DNA of 62,871 bases, filler included, from Sluysia triapertura (taxonomy: Eukaryota), in assembly GCA_046118255.1 (NCBI GenBank). It is 5 parts of 5 records of this genome, joined end to end, with 100 filler letters (N's around TTAATTAATTAA, not from the genome) between each part and the next. Parts side by side here need not be neighbours in the genome. Positions count along the whole stretch, not along the records: positions 11,554 to 24,037 come from JBJNIA010104765.1; positions 24,138 to 40,174 come from JBJNIA010212587.1; 3 more parts are not named here. One strand, 5' to 3'. Shown here in pieces: positions 12,683 through 24,210 of the stretch. The position numbers were made by a program, and so were the translations under genes. Every line of letters starts with the position of its first letter. The stretch's first letter is position 1. Below the pieces are notes generated by a model. That model was not told the origin of the DNA. It did not search any database and saw nothing but the letters and a program-made list of their open reading frames with translations.

Positions 12683-13165
12683 TTGATTTCAGTAAAAAAA
12701 CTACGAACAAGCAATATTAATAAAAATTTGGTATCTCTAACGCTAATGATGATAATTACTGCAGTCCAATGCAATACTTATAATGTACAAGTTTATAAAT
12801 CCGAATACCTCGAATTCCAGAACTACGACACCGAAGTTAGAGTTAAAGTATTGCAAAACGATATCCAAGTCAGATTTTCATGTTTAAAACCGGCACGACT
12901 CAATTTTACTTCATGGGCAGTACAACAATATTATATTAATGATAGAATAAATCCGATTGCAATATGCACTGATTTTTTACGTAACGAAGAACGCCACATT
13001 GTTGTAAGAATATATATAGCACCGGAAATGCTAAGAAATGACCCAGCATTGTTAATTTTAATTTTAGCTGGAATATTATTCGTCATGGCACTATCTATTG
13101 TTATACTTATAATCATTATGTTCGTATCAAATAAGTGTAGATACCCATGTTTGCCGTATAACTAA
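12683..13165 (+). CDS. Putative small type I membrane protein in a retroelement accessory region
   Basis: 160-aa ORF with a signal-like LVSLTLMMIITAVQC, a Cys-containing ectodomain, and a long hydrophobic stretch LLILILAGILFVMALSIVILIIIMFV near the C-terminus. Confidence 0.5.
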   Translation: MISVKKLRTSNINKNLVSLTLMMIITAVQCNTYNVQVYKSEYLEFQNYDTEVRVKVLQNDIQVRFSCLKPARLNFTSWAVQQYYINDRINPIAICTDFLRNEERHIVVRIYIAPEMLRNDPALLILILAGILFVMALSIVILIIIMFVSNKCRYPCLPYN

Positions 13166-13282
13166 GACGACAATGATCATTATACAATTCCACATAGAAA
13201 TAACTATGAACCGCCACCAGGATTTCCGCTCAGATACCTCCTGTATACGAGTATGCAACAAACAACCTTTAGTGTACTAGTT

Positions 13283-14274
13283 TACTATCTGTCATGCCGG
13301 CATGCATATGTATGACTTGTATAATTAACATACACGCAACACCAATAATAATGAAACCACTAATCACACTAAAGTTACTACAACGTACAATATACGCGAA
13401 AATATGAAGTGATACCGTTGCGATTACTAATATTATTATACATTGTTGTTCGACTAAATGGTGCAATCGAGAATCCGATGTTAGTAAATATATCAAGTAC
13501 TGGATTGCCTCTTGTGACGGTTTGATGAAAAATCAATTATTCAACGTCACTCTACGTCTAGAATTTATAACCATTTTAATTTCGAAAACCAAATCTATAA
13601 ATAGTTACAGAATTCGAACAAAACCATACACTTTTAGTCATATAACAACAACCATTAGGTTCTTAATGACATTATACAGGGAAGACAATAGCTTCGTTCG
13701 TATAGCAAATCCCTTACTAAAACGCAGCATATTGATGGGTTACAAATCAAATAAAAAGAATCTTACTGGCGATAGTTTTGACGCACTCTTTGATAATGAA
13801 CAACATTATGCACTAATAATACCTAACACCAGCATTCATTTATTCTTTATACCGAAACGCAATCTCACACTAATCGAGGTTTGGATCTTACGTTACAACG
13901 AGATTCTCGATACTCCTAGATTTTGGCCAGAATATAGAGTATGCGACCTAGTAGTACCTATTTTAGACAAATCGAATGTTGAAAATTATCCATCACCAGT
14001 TACAATCACTACTACTTTAAATATATTAAAAAATATAAATAAGGCTAAAACTACTAATTACATCAATATACTAAGTAAGAATATAAGTCTACAATCTTAT
14101 AATTTTTCACGTTTAAGTCATTCTGCTACCTCTATAAATTTATACTACACTATGTTTTGCTATTGCATTGTATTAAGCTTTCTTTTCATTATCTCTTTCA
14201 TACATATTGTATTACAAGTTCATAAGTTCTATTTATTTATAAGGAATAAAAATCATTTTTTCATCAAAGTATAA
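13283..14274 (+). CDS. Putative membrane-anchored protein, partly decayed, with an upstream in-frame CCxxxxCN motif
   Basis: The 250-aa ORF 13522-14274 has a C-terminal TM segment (MFCYCIVLSFLFIISFIHIVL). The same frame extends upstream through HCCSTKWCN and one stop codon. Confidence 0.45.
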
Positions 14275-14523
14275 ATTATATAAGGTATGAAATATGAGTA
14301 ATAGCATTTCCCTGTTTACTAACCATGTGTGACGGTTGTTAACTGTCCATTTTCGGTCGTGGGCAGGATGGTGTTGGAACTCATATTTTATTAAAATCAT
14401 ACGCATATAAGTTTGATTAGCAAATTAGTTAAAATAAATTTTGAATTAAGTATTAACTTTAAAATTATTTATACACTATGTAGTTCCTCTTAAGTATTAT
14501 CTTATTATAATTTTTATTTTTAG

Positions 14524-14794
14524 CAAAACAATACAATCATCCTTGCATTTCACTTTATGCTCCATTTGTCGAAGATCAATACCTAGATACTACTCCATTG
14601 CAATACCTTATAGACATCACTTTCATTTTCGATGTCTATACTTTCTATTTGATTCTGCCCCGACTCCTCTACCTTCTTGCCCCTTGTGCCGAGTCACAAT
14701 CACAGAATGTGATATTTTTTTTACAAAAAATCATTTCGTAGGTCTTACGAGTTTTCTGTTAAATATATTAGACCTAACTCACCTCCTGTTGTAG
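14524..14794 (+). CDS. RING-H2-like zinc finger ORF/exon with one ligand mutated
   Basis: CSICRRSIPRYYSIAIPYRHHFHFRCLYFLFDSAPTPLPSCPLCR gives CxxC...(C>Y)xHxFHxxC...CPLCR. It is preceded by a polypyrimidine/TAG acceptor ending at 14523. Confidence 0.75.
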
Positions 14795-15133
14795 CTTATC
14801 ATGGGCTCCAGGAGAATACTAGTGTTGATAATTGTTCTGAGCTTAATATCCTGTATAACGGGTTCGAGGTGCCAAAGCCTGATTACCCTCCAGGATTAAC
14901 AGAATCACAAAGGCGTAATTATAGACGGCGCCAACTTAGAAAATATTTTAGAAGAAACGAACGATTAAGTAAAAACCCATTTCTTAAGCAATTTTAGTTA
15001 TTTCTTAAATATTATTATATATTATATTATAAAACATGAATTGTATAAAAAATTAATTACTTAGGAAAGACTTCCTTTTACATACGTATTTTTCACTACA
15101 TTAGTTTTTTTACCTTTTATTTCTTTTACGCAG

Positions 15134-16638
15134 TATGAAATTACCACATCAACAACAACAACCACAATAGGATCTTCAACTTCAACACAATCGTCGTCCT
15201 CAGGCCCGCGTTATACAGCAGTAGAACGATTCTGAGCCTCTAATACTACTCCAGCCTTTTTACCCACTTCTTTTGCGACGGACTGTAAGTTAAAATCGGA
15301 ACTTACAGACAACTTAGCTACACATATTTTTTCCTTGACATCAGAAAGACCAACTATTTCTCTGCGTGGTTTAAATAACGCTCCCGAATCTTTTGACATC
15401 TTATATATAGCATCCGCCTTGGGAACGGTTAAAATAAACCTTACCGTCAACAAAACCCCATTACTTTTGCGTTTAGAGGGTTTGTCAACATTCTGTCTTT
15501 CTGAGTTGACAAAGGATTGCGAAGTGACATTAGAAGCGTTGGAATATCCAACGTATGTAGCCATTTTATTCGTTTTACCCCGCCCGCCTCTCTTTGCGCC
15601 CTCTTTTCTGCCTTTCGCTCAAGATACTGACAACATAGGCCGATGGAAAATGGGTTCCTCATTTACACATGTGCCAACCCTTTCTGCATATGATGAGGAT
15701 AGGTTTATATTTGTGGCATTCCAATATTCCACAGATTTTTTAAGTAAACCCCAAATTCTATGCGTAACCTGCACTCCGTATAGTCGGCAATTTCACATCG
15801 AGGCTCGAATCAAACCTCGTTGCCGCATTCAAAATTTCCGGAGGAACAGTCAAATAATTACTGACGTCGACCTTAGACTGGCTAAGGATATCGACGAAGT
15901 TAGACCCCAACTGATAAGGACACTAAGGAATAAAATTTTGGTTTCAACCAACCCAAAATTTTTAATCGAAGCTTTGGATATCCCATTCGGACTCTTACGT
16001 GGGATAGTTAACTTATCCAACCATAACTTGGTTCCCTTCACATCAGACGATCCTTTTATTAGAACCCGTCAAACATGGAGACTTGTTTTTCCTGTTTGTC
16101 CAATGATGACCTATCGGCAGATGGCCACGGAACTGGTACCCAATTTATAAGTCGCTGCAATTAACCCCCTCCCACTCTCTTCAAAACACCTTCATCCTCT
16201 AACCAGCACCTCAATTCCCCGCCTCTTAAAAAACTAAAACTCCCTTCTTTTTATTCTCCTTCTTCATCTTTTCCTCCCTCTTCTTCTTTTTCCTCTCCAA
16301 CTACATCCACAACAAGCACCCCATCTTTATCCATTCCAACTACTACATCCAAGTCACATCATAGATCCAACACCAAATCACCTGTTCGCACAGCATCTTC
16401 AACTACCACGCCCAAACTACACCATGAGTCCAACATCAAACCACCAGCACCCCCTCTTCATGTAACATCTTCTCGGAAGTGTATTTCGTCAACACCATCA
16501 ACAACAATCCCGCTTAGCACCTGCGACATTAGACTAAAACCAATACCTGCTCAAATATTCCGCGATGACAGTTGAACGCACATCCTTTTCCGGTTCGACT
16601 ATTTATTGGACGAGGACGACTCAGTGGACCTGGACTAA
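15134..16638 (+). CDS. Long, relatively GC-rich ORF of unknown function (core 15335-16150) with Ser/Thr/Pro-rich flanks, slightly decayed
   Basis: The 271-aa ORF frame extends upstream to an acceptor TTTTACGCAG at 15133 through one TGA. Downstream it leads, via stops and a frameshift, into an S/T/P-rich tract ending LLDEDDSVDLD*. Confidence 0.55.
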
Positions 16639-16744
16639 CCTTATTTACTCTTACATTAATAATAATATGATCATCCATAATAATAATTGACCTCTATAAT
16701 AATGTGATTATTTATAATAATTTTGCATGTTTTTGTGTTTTTAT

Positions 16745-17033
16745 TCGTGGACGAATTTTCCCGCCAGGGAAAGTAATGTAGTGTATAAAAAATATTAGTT
16801 GTAATGTAAAGTGTATAAAAAATATTAGTTGTAAATTTGCGTTTTATAATCGATTTTAAAAATTTATCATTATTATATAATTAACAAAAAATTAAAAAAT
16901 TAAAAATTATATGATTACAAAAAATTATAAATTTATAAAATCATAAAAAACTAAAATAAAAAATTATAAAATTACTTTAAATTAAACTAAAATAATTGTT
17001 TAAAACCTAAACTCTTTATTTTGTTTTACTACA
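16745..17033 (+). mobile_element. Polypurine tract and 3' LTR (16777-17033) of a Gypsy-like element
   Basis: TCGTGGACGAATTTTCCCGCCAGGGAAAGTAA|TGTAGT resembles the Gypsy 3' end (GGACGAA...PPT...AATGT). The segment ends ACTACA at 17033, a 6-bp inverted terminus. Confidence 0.65.
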
Positions 17034-17299
17034 TAAAAAAATAATAAAGAAAGAAAAGAAAAGTAATTTATTTATAAATAATTAATTATTTTTAGGAAGC
17101 CATATTAAAAGTAAATTTACCTATACATAATAACGGATTTTAGATAAAAAAAATTAGCACAACAAAAATTTTTAGTAATTCAAATTTTTTCCAGAGCAGT
17201 TCGAGAAAATAAAGTTTTCAGTTCCATGAATCCAAAGTAATTGATTTTTATAAGTTTCTAAACTTCACTTTCTATAGGAAGTTCAAAATAATACTCAAT

Positions 17300-17780
17300 T
17301 TACTTTTATTTTATACAATACCTTACACGGATTGTGTAACCTATTCTTACAGTTTAGCAACCGAGGTTGACTGGAACTTAAAAATCAATATTGTTATTAT
17401 ATTTGTTTTATAAGTTGCAACACTTACTCTTTGTAAGATATACTCGACGTTATTTTGCTGTAATTGTTTTATAAGTTGTAATATTTATTTCTAATAAATA
17501 CTTGACGTTATTTAAGTAATTTTTGCTTTATTAATTTAAAATTCTTTTTTGCTAAAGCACACCTTAATACGGGTTGCGTAATTTGTAAAATATAAAAGCT
17601 TTAGTTGAACAACACCTAATAAAGGGTTGTCCTATTAATTAATTAAAAGTTTACTTAATGGTTTAAGAAAACCTAATAGTACGTCTCCAATAGTGGTGTA
17701 AAGCGTATATATTAGGCGAATCGACTTCTCAGATAATTTGCAGTGTATAGATTTAAGTTTAAGAAAAACACTAGCAGTAT
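17300..17780 (+). repeat. Dispersed repeat with iterated imperfect palindromes; probable LTR end plus PBS region
   Basis: Homologous in inverted orientation to ~62050-62420: shared CCTAATAxTACGTCTCCAAYAGTGGTGTA...ATTAGGCG...CTCAGATAATTTGCAG and repeated ACACCT(T)AATAxxGGGTTG units. Confidence 0.7.
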
Positions 17781-17824
17781 ATAATTAAGACGAAACGCAT
17801 ATAACTAAAGTATATCATCAAATT

Positions 17825-18290
17825 TCAAAACCTGTTGATAGAGAAGCAGCAAAGCGTTTAGCAAAACATTTATTCGAATGTAATGGATTCAGATTAATCA
17901 ATATAGAAAAACATTTAGTTAAAAGAAATGATTTTAGTCAAGTTGTTGGAATAGAATTCTCAAATTTTTTTAGATTTTAAAAATTTACGACTTGAAAAGC
18001 ATTACGGAAATTTCTGAGTAAAGTCACAGTTAATGCCTTTATGCTTCAATTTTCAGAACGATATACGTTCTGTAACCCGTCTGCATATAAATGTAAGGAT
18101 ACTTGTCACACTTTAGTTTGTGCACTGATCACATTAAATGCACATTTACATAATCAGATGTCTCCCAAAATGTCATTCAGTGATTTTATAAATAACTTTA
18201 AGGAATTTAATGTTGACGAAAATTTTAAGTCGGAGAATCTTCAAGAATTACTCGAATCAATTGACCAAGAACCTATTAGGAGTCATGTCG
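17825..18290 (+). pseudogene. PSD: EFA6/PSD-type Sec7 domain fragment (ARF6 GEF), frameshifted and apparently intronless
   Basis: Reads KPVDREAAKRLAKHLFECNGF...KHLVKRNDFSQVVGIEFSNFF / ALRKFL / FSERYTFCNP...CHTLVCALITLNAHLH...KMSFSDFINN, matching the EFA6 Sec7 consensus (AAKRLAKRLY, KNNDFS, FSxRYxxCNP, LLNTDLH, KMTxxxFI). The GETQERER glutamic-finger motif is missing. Confidence 0.85.
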
Positions 18291-20834
18291 ATTATGAATT
18301 CGTAAATATGGTTAACATTGATGAATCAAATGTTGTCAAATTGAGTAGTTTAGTTATCCAGTCTAACAATTCTATCATGAGGACCATAAATATTAATCCT
18401 CAACAATTAAATTCAATTAATTCAATGAATCATGTCACAGTAAAAAAACATTTAAAAGAACCTGACAGTCATAAATTTTGTTCGAGAATTACTGTTCGAG
18501 AACCCACCAGCTTCATCTAAAAGAGCTTACAATACGTCGATATGAACAATGTAAATTAGATTCTTCTAATTCTGAGTCAATTTCAAATACTTCAGTGATG
18601 CTTTTGCAAAAAGTCGAATTTCTACTAGAAGCCTATTAAAAATGCATGAATCCCATGATTTTAGGAAGCCAAATGAAGAGTGTTTAGTTAATGGCCAAAC
18701 GCCAGATGTTGAGTCTAGAGAGTGGACACAAGTTGTTGGGATATTCGATGAAAATTTGCAGAGAACAACTGAAGCTGAATATTTTGTATATAATTCCAAG
18801 GCGACAATTGTGATGTATTGTAGCCGAAGCGATATTTCAAATTTTGGTTCTGTAAGATAAAAATAGTAGAATAAAGATTAAAGATTAAAAGCGTGAGTTC
18901 ACCAACGTACTTGAACTTACCTGTTAGGGCCAGCCGTTGGATTTTTTATGCAATATGTCACTTAAGGTATGACATAAATTTCCTTTTAAATGCGATTGAA
19001 GCATCCTAAATCGTCAAAGAATGTTTGAATGTTTATTATAAATATTTTACAAAAATCCTATTGAAAGGATTTTCAAAAATCTTCAATTAATATTAAGCAA
19101 AAAGGAATTAACTATTATAAAAATTTATAACAAAGTGTAATAATTTTTACAACTGTTTAGGATATAAAATAATATAAGATATAATATTTCACTAAGGAAT
19201 TATTTATAAATTCCTGATTTTTCTTTGTATTTTATAAATATTATTTTGCAAAGGATCTATGAAAAGATCCAAATTAATAATTAATATCACCCTTAACAAA
19301 AATAAACTAAAGTTAACAAAAGAAATTCAAAATTTTAATTTGGTCCACTAGAGTATATCGAGCACAAAATCTTCTTATGTTGATCAATAAAATAGATTTA
19401 AAAATTTACTTAGACGATCGATTTGTTGTGTTATTTGTAAAAACGTTCACTGTTTATATATATTCTCCAGTGGATCGTCCTTGAAATTTTGAAATTAACA
19501 GTATTTAAAACAAAATATTTAAAATTAACAAAATTTCTAAAATATTTAGAATAAATTAACGAAATTTAATATTTAAAACTAATTTAAAAATTTTGAAAAT
19601 AAACTAATAAAATAAATTAATAATAATTAGAGTAATTTTTTAAAAATCCAATAGTAATGAAATAATAATAAAATCAGTGAAATAATAAAATCGATAAAAA
19701 AATTTTTTATAAAGTTAAAATCAATCAATAATTATATTCAATTAATCAATAATTAATATTATATTTGACTATATTTGACCATAACAGTAATTAACTAAGT
19801 TTGTATTAATGAAGTTATGTATTGACAAGTAATTAACAAAGTGTTGTGTATTTGACAGTTCTATATCATATGTAAAGGAGATTGTAGATGGTATTCGACA
19901 AGATTTTCAAGAGGGACAATCAATTAAAGTAATTATCAATTTTTATATATTAATTTTTAGTAATTCTGATAATTTTTATTTTAGGATCCGACAGACTCAT
20001 GAATATGTGATCGAGTATACAAAATGGTTCCAGCTCTCAACAATTTTGTCAATTCAAATTTTAAGAGTTTCAAAAATATGTTCTTTTTTGTCCGCATTGT
20101 TCCTTTCAAAGTTTTAAAATTAGAATTTATTTATTATGTAAAGTATAAAGTATTAAAAACTAGAAAATGCTAGTTGTCTAACATTTGTAAAAAAAATAAA
20201 AATTTGTATAATAACTATTTTGATAACGTAACGTCTAATTACATAGATCTATATCCATCATTATTATAAGAAAATACTAAATTTAACAACTTCATTATTA
20301 TTTAATTAACTCATGTATGAAAAGAATTTTAGTTAAAGACGATCCACATAAAAATAGAACTACTGTATATATCACTCTTACTTACACTTGTTTTATCGCT
20401 CTATCTGCATCAAATTTTTGAAAAATGATTGTACCCAGATTTTAATTCCAATTTTATTGAAGTACTAAAATGAAATATAATTGATTAATAAGCCTTATAA
20501 GCATATTGCGCCACTTTGAATAACCTTGCTTTTTCTTCCTTTTTTTCCAAAATTTCACAAATAAGAATTTCTGAATTAAAAAATCATGTATTTAAGATTT
20601 AATAGGATGTACAAAAAAAGTTCATTAAACCCAATTTATTCAACTTTGTTGATATGATAATTTTTCTTTTAACAAAGTACTATTTAAAACACAAATTTAT
20701 ATATAGAATATTTATTGTCATGATTTTAAAACAAACCTTTACCATTTTTTAAATCAACTTTAATTTGTAATTTAATTTTATTACATATATTTAGTTTTAT
20801 AAGAATTGTTGAAGGAATTCTTATTTTTTGTTTA

Positions 20835-21011
20835 ATGAAGTTTCTAAAACCTGAACCTATACGATCTTATTTTATCCATAGTACTATGAAAAAATGGTTA
20901 CCTGGTTTTGGAATTCTAGGTGGAACAGTACTTTTAGCAGCAATTTATTTTTTGGATATATCGGACATTAATAAAAATATACCATATTATGGAAGAAAAT
21001 TTGAAAAATGA
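20835..21011 (+). CDS. UQCR11: Cytochrome b-c1 complex 6.4 kDa subunit (UQCR11/QCR10-like)
   Basis: 58 aa, MKFLKPEPIRSYFIHSTMKKWLPGFGILGGTVLLAAIYFLDISDINKNIPYYGRKFEK: the WxP...G...YFxD...IPYYxxKF pattern with a single TM. It is below the ORF-track cutoff. The true 5' end may be an upstream exon spliced to the CATAG acceptor at 20881. Confidence 0.75.
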   Translation: MKFLKPEPIRSYFIHSTMKKWLPGFGILGGTVLLAAIYFLDISDINKNIPYYGRKFEK

Positions 21012-22589
21012 ATTTAATATATTAGGTTATTTTGAATGATCACTTAATAGAATGAATTTTAGAAAGTATTTCATGTTTTTATTTGCGCGTATATGTTGAG
21101 TTTTGAATATAATATAATTGCATTTCAAGTTAAATATTTCAGTAGTTTTAAATTAAAATATAAATGGTAATATTATGTTGAAAAGTTATTCAAAAAATTA
21201 AAGTGTCATGGTAATTTTTTCTTACTTAAAAATTAAATTATTAGTCACTGCATTAGATAGTCTTTTAAGCTATAAAATTATAAATGAAGAAATTATCAAA
21301 ATTCGATTTTATCTTTCATATTTGATTTTATGAATAAAACAGCCAAATTATTCAACTTATCTATGTTTGAATGTAAATAGTAGCTTTCGTTGCCTTAATA
21401 TTTAACAAGGAAATTTTATATGTAATTTAATATAAATATTACTTCGGGATGCACAATTATTGTCTACTTTAGGTTTGTGTCATTTTACACTATTTGGATA
21501 GAAATGAGAGCAATATGTTGGTTAAAATTTTTTTCGGTCCATCTACCTAATACTTTAATTTAGTGGTCTTATTCTGTTAACTTTCAAATTCTGCAGAAGT
21601 ATCGGTTATTTTGCTATATAGTGCAATGCATTAATGGAAAATTAAATCATTCCATAAGGAAATACGTGTGAATACGCATATACTTACATTAATAAAGAAA
21701 CTGCATTACAATGATTGTATGTTAGGCGGATAAACATTTACTGTAGCTCATGTAATTGTAATATAGAAAATACTAATATGCTAATAAAATACTAATATTT
21801 TACCGAAAATATACTTACAAAATAGTCTAAGATCATGGTTTACACTTTTCAAACGGTTGTCTGTAGGATTTTTACTTATTATGCAGAACTTTTAATCAAC
21901 AGTTTTTTAACTTACATAGGTCCGAGGGTGTACTTGTTGAAATTTATATCGTTGCTTAACTGATGATATGCTATGCTGTTCTCTAGTTTTTGAACTCTTA
22001 AATTTCAAAAGTTAGTCGTTACCAATAATTATACTGGAATCTTTCACATATTTTGGTCACGGGGTTGGTATGAAAGCTATTTGGGATTTAACTTAAACGA
22101 TTTGTAATATTTATATTCAAGTTAATGTAGTAGTTTCTATATCTTAATCAATTAAATAATTATGTCCTCTAAATTACTGGGTTCTTTAAACGCTATGGCA
22201 AATATATAACTAAGAATTAAATAAGGTAAAAACGTTTTGCAGATTTAGAATTAATTAATAAAATCAATTAATGAACAAATTTATAAAAAAATTCAAATAT
22301 TTATTTTGAAGTTAAAAATTATTGATTTAGAAAATTAAATATTTAATTAAGTGCTTCCGCACAGAAAAAACATCTGCATTAGTTCCACAACAAATAATAT
22401 CTGCATATAAAAACAGTCGTCTTGAATTGCCAGTTAGCGGGATTCAACATTTAATAATTGGATAAAAAGATTTGACGTTTAAATGCAAAACCATTTGATA
22501 TTGGCTGTTGAGCTAATCCAACATGGCTGTGTCTTTGATCAAACTTTATTTAATAAGTTTATGTATTCTTTACTCCCAAACTTGAAATT

Positions 22590-23469
22590 GTGAACCTTGA
22601 AGTAACTTAAGACCTCATTAATCTTTAAGAATGTTTGAAACCTTGATAAGCATTTGAGATATTTGAGTAACCTTATAAAGTATTTGAAATCTTTAAAACA
22701 GTTGAGAAATGAAGTTATTGTTACTGATAACAAATATAAATTTGGTACATTAATAATTAATTAAAGAAGTAAAAAAAAGGAATCAGACTGGCGCCTTATA
22801 AAGTAATAAATAATTTAGAACTTTAATAAGATTAAGTCCAAAAGATTAATTAATTAAAATCTTAATTAACTTAATGAAGAAAAAATTAATTTTGTGAAAG
22901 CGGAATGCTTATGTCAAAATTGAAATTGTGTATATATTTGTTTAAAAAGATGTTTCGATGTTTTTACCGAGTTCATGCAAGGAAAACCTTAATATTAAGC
23001 AAAGTTAAATTTTAATTAATAATTAGAATGTTGAAAAGATAATGAACTGAATATAAGATGACTGATACGAAAAAGGAAAATCTAAAAGTGGGTTTGAAAG
23101 GTATGTAGAGTAGTTTCTTTGAGAATGAAGGCCTTAAACATTTTCTGGTGTGACAAAATGAAAATTAATTCTAAAAAGTAAAATTAAATTCATTAATTTG
23201 ATGTAAGTTAACAATACTGGTGATTGTTATTTTAATGTGAGAGGTAATTTAAATAAAAGAAGATTGAATATAGTAAATATAAATAATAGTTGAACATTAA
23301 TCAAATTTGACAGGCCGTATCATGTAATTGTCAAAATTATTCTTGTAGGTTTAATTCTCAAAGAATGTTCTGATTATTCGTATGAGAGAATGTTTGATTG
23401 CAAAAGCCAAGAGTGATTGGATGATGAAAATGTATAAAAAGGAATTGTGAAGATTATTACTATGTTACA
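22590..23469 (-). repeat. LTR-like segment starting TGTAACATAG; its 22590-22765 part is homologous to 11554-11730
   Basis: Shares a 22-nt identity AAATGCTTATCAAGGTTTCAAA with alignable flanks in opposite orientation. The minus strand is C/A-skewed, as in the other LTR-like 5' regions. Confidence 0.5.
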
Positions 23470-23897
23470 ATAAGATTTTATACTTTTATGCTTTGCTGGT
23501 GAATTCTCTGATACTGGACTTACTGACTAACGGGCCAGCACATAGATTTGCAGCGTTAAGAGATTAGAACTGGAGGTACGTATATTCATTTAGTTTTGTA
23601 TAACTTCTTACAAATATTACAACAAATAACTTTTCGAGTAATTTTATTAAACAATAAATCACACAATATTATACAATATTAACTGACTAAACTAAAATCG
23701 AAAATTATAATAAAATTGTTAGTATAACTGCTAGAATGGTTTATAACAAAACATAATGTTATTAGACGAAAGTTTATTTATAAAAATTTAAATGTACAAA
23801 AATTCAATTAATATGTATCAACAACCAAATAAAAATTCAAATAAAAGTTAAAATATTAATTTATTATTAATACTGCAGTACAAAAAATCTCTTTTAT

Positions 23898-24037
23898 AAT
23901 AATAATAATAATAATAATATATTAATTTATATTGCGCTCATATATACCGCGAAAGTACTCAAAAGTGCTTAAGGTAAATCATTCACCATAATATTTCTGA
24001 AACAGAAAGAACTTTGCTTTTTTCTTAAATATTTCAT
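23898..24037 (-). mobile_element. 3' end of an L2-type LINE with (TAT)n tail
   Basis: The reverse complement matches 49990-50080 (TTCTGTTTCAGAAATATTATGG...CTTTTGAGTACTT). Confidence 0.8.
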
Positions 24038-24137
24038 NNNNNNNNNNNNNNNNNNNNNNNNNNNNNNNNNNNNNNNNNNNNTTAATTAATTAANNNNNNN
24101 NNNNNNNNNNNNNNNNNNNNNNNNNNNNNNNNNNNNN
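24038..24137. other. Artificial contig spacer
   Basis: 44 N + TTAATTAATTAA + 44 N. Confidence 0.97.

Positions 24138-24208
<71 letters not shown>
24138..24208. repeat. (AAT)n microsatellite at a contig end
   Basis: More than 20 perfect AAT units. Confidence 0.95.

Positions 24209-24210
<2 letters not shown>

Noticed and set aside
11554-22765. Terminal inverted repeats of a Polinton/Maverick or giant DNA transposon
   Set aside because: The arms are too diverged, they enclose a host gene and LTR parts, and no polB, integrase, ATPase or capsid ORF is present.
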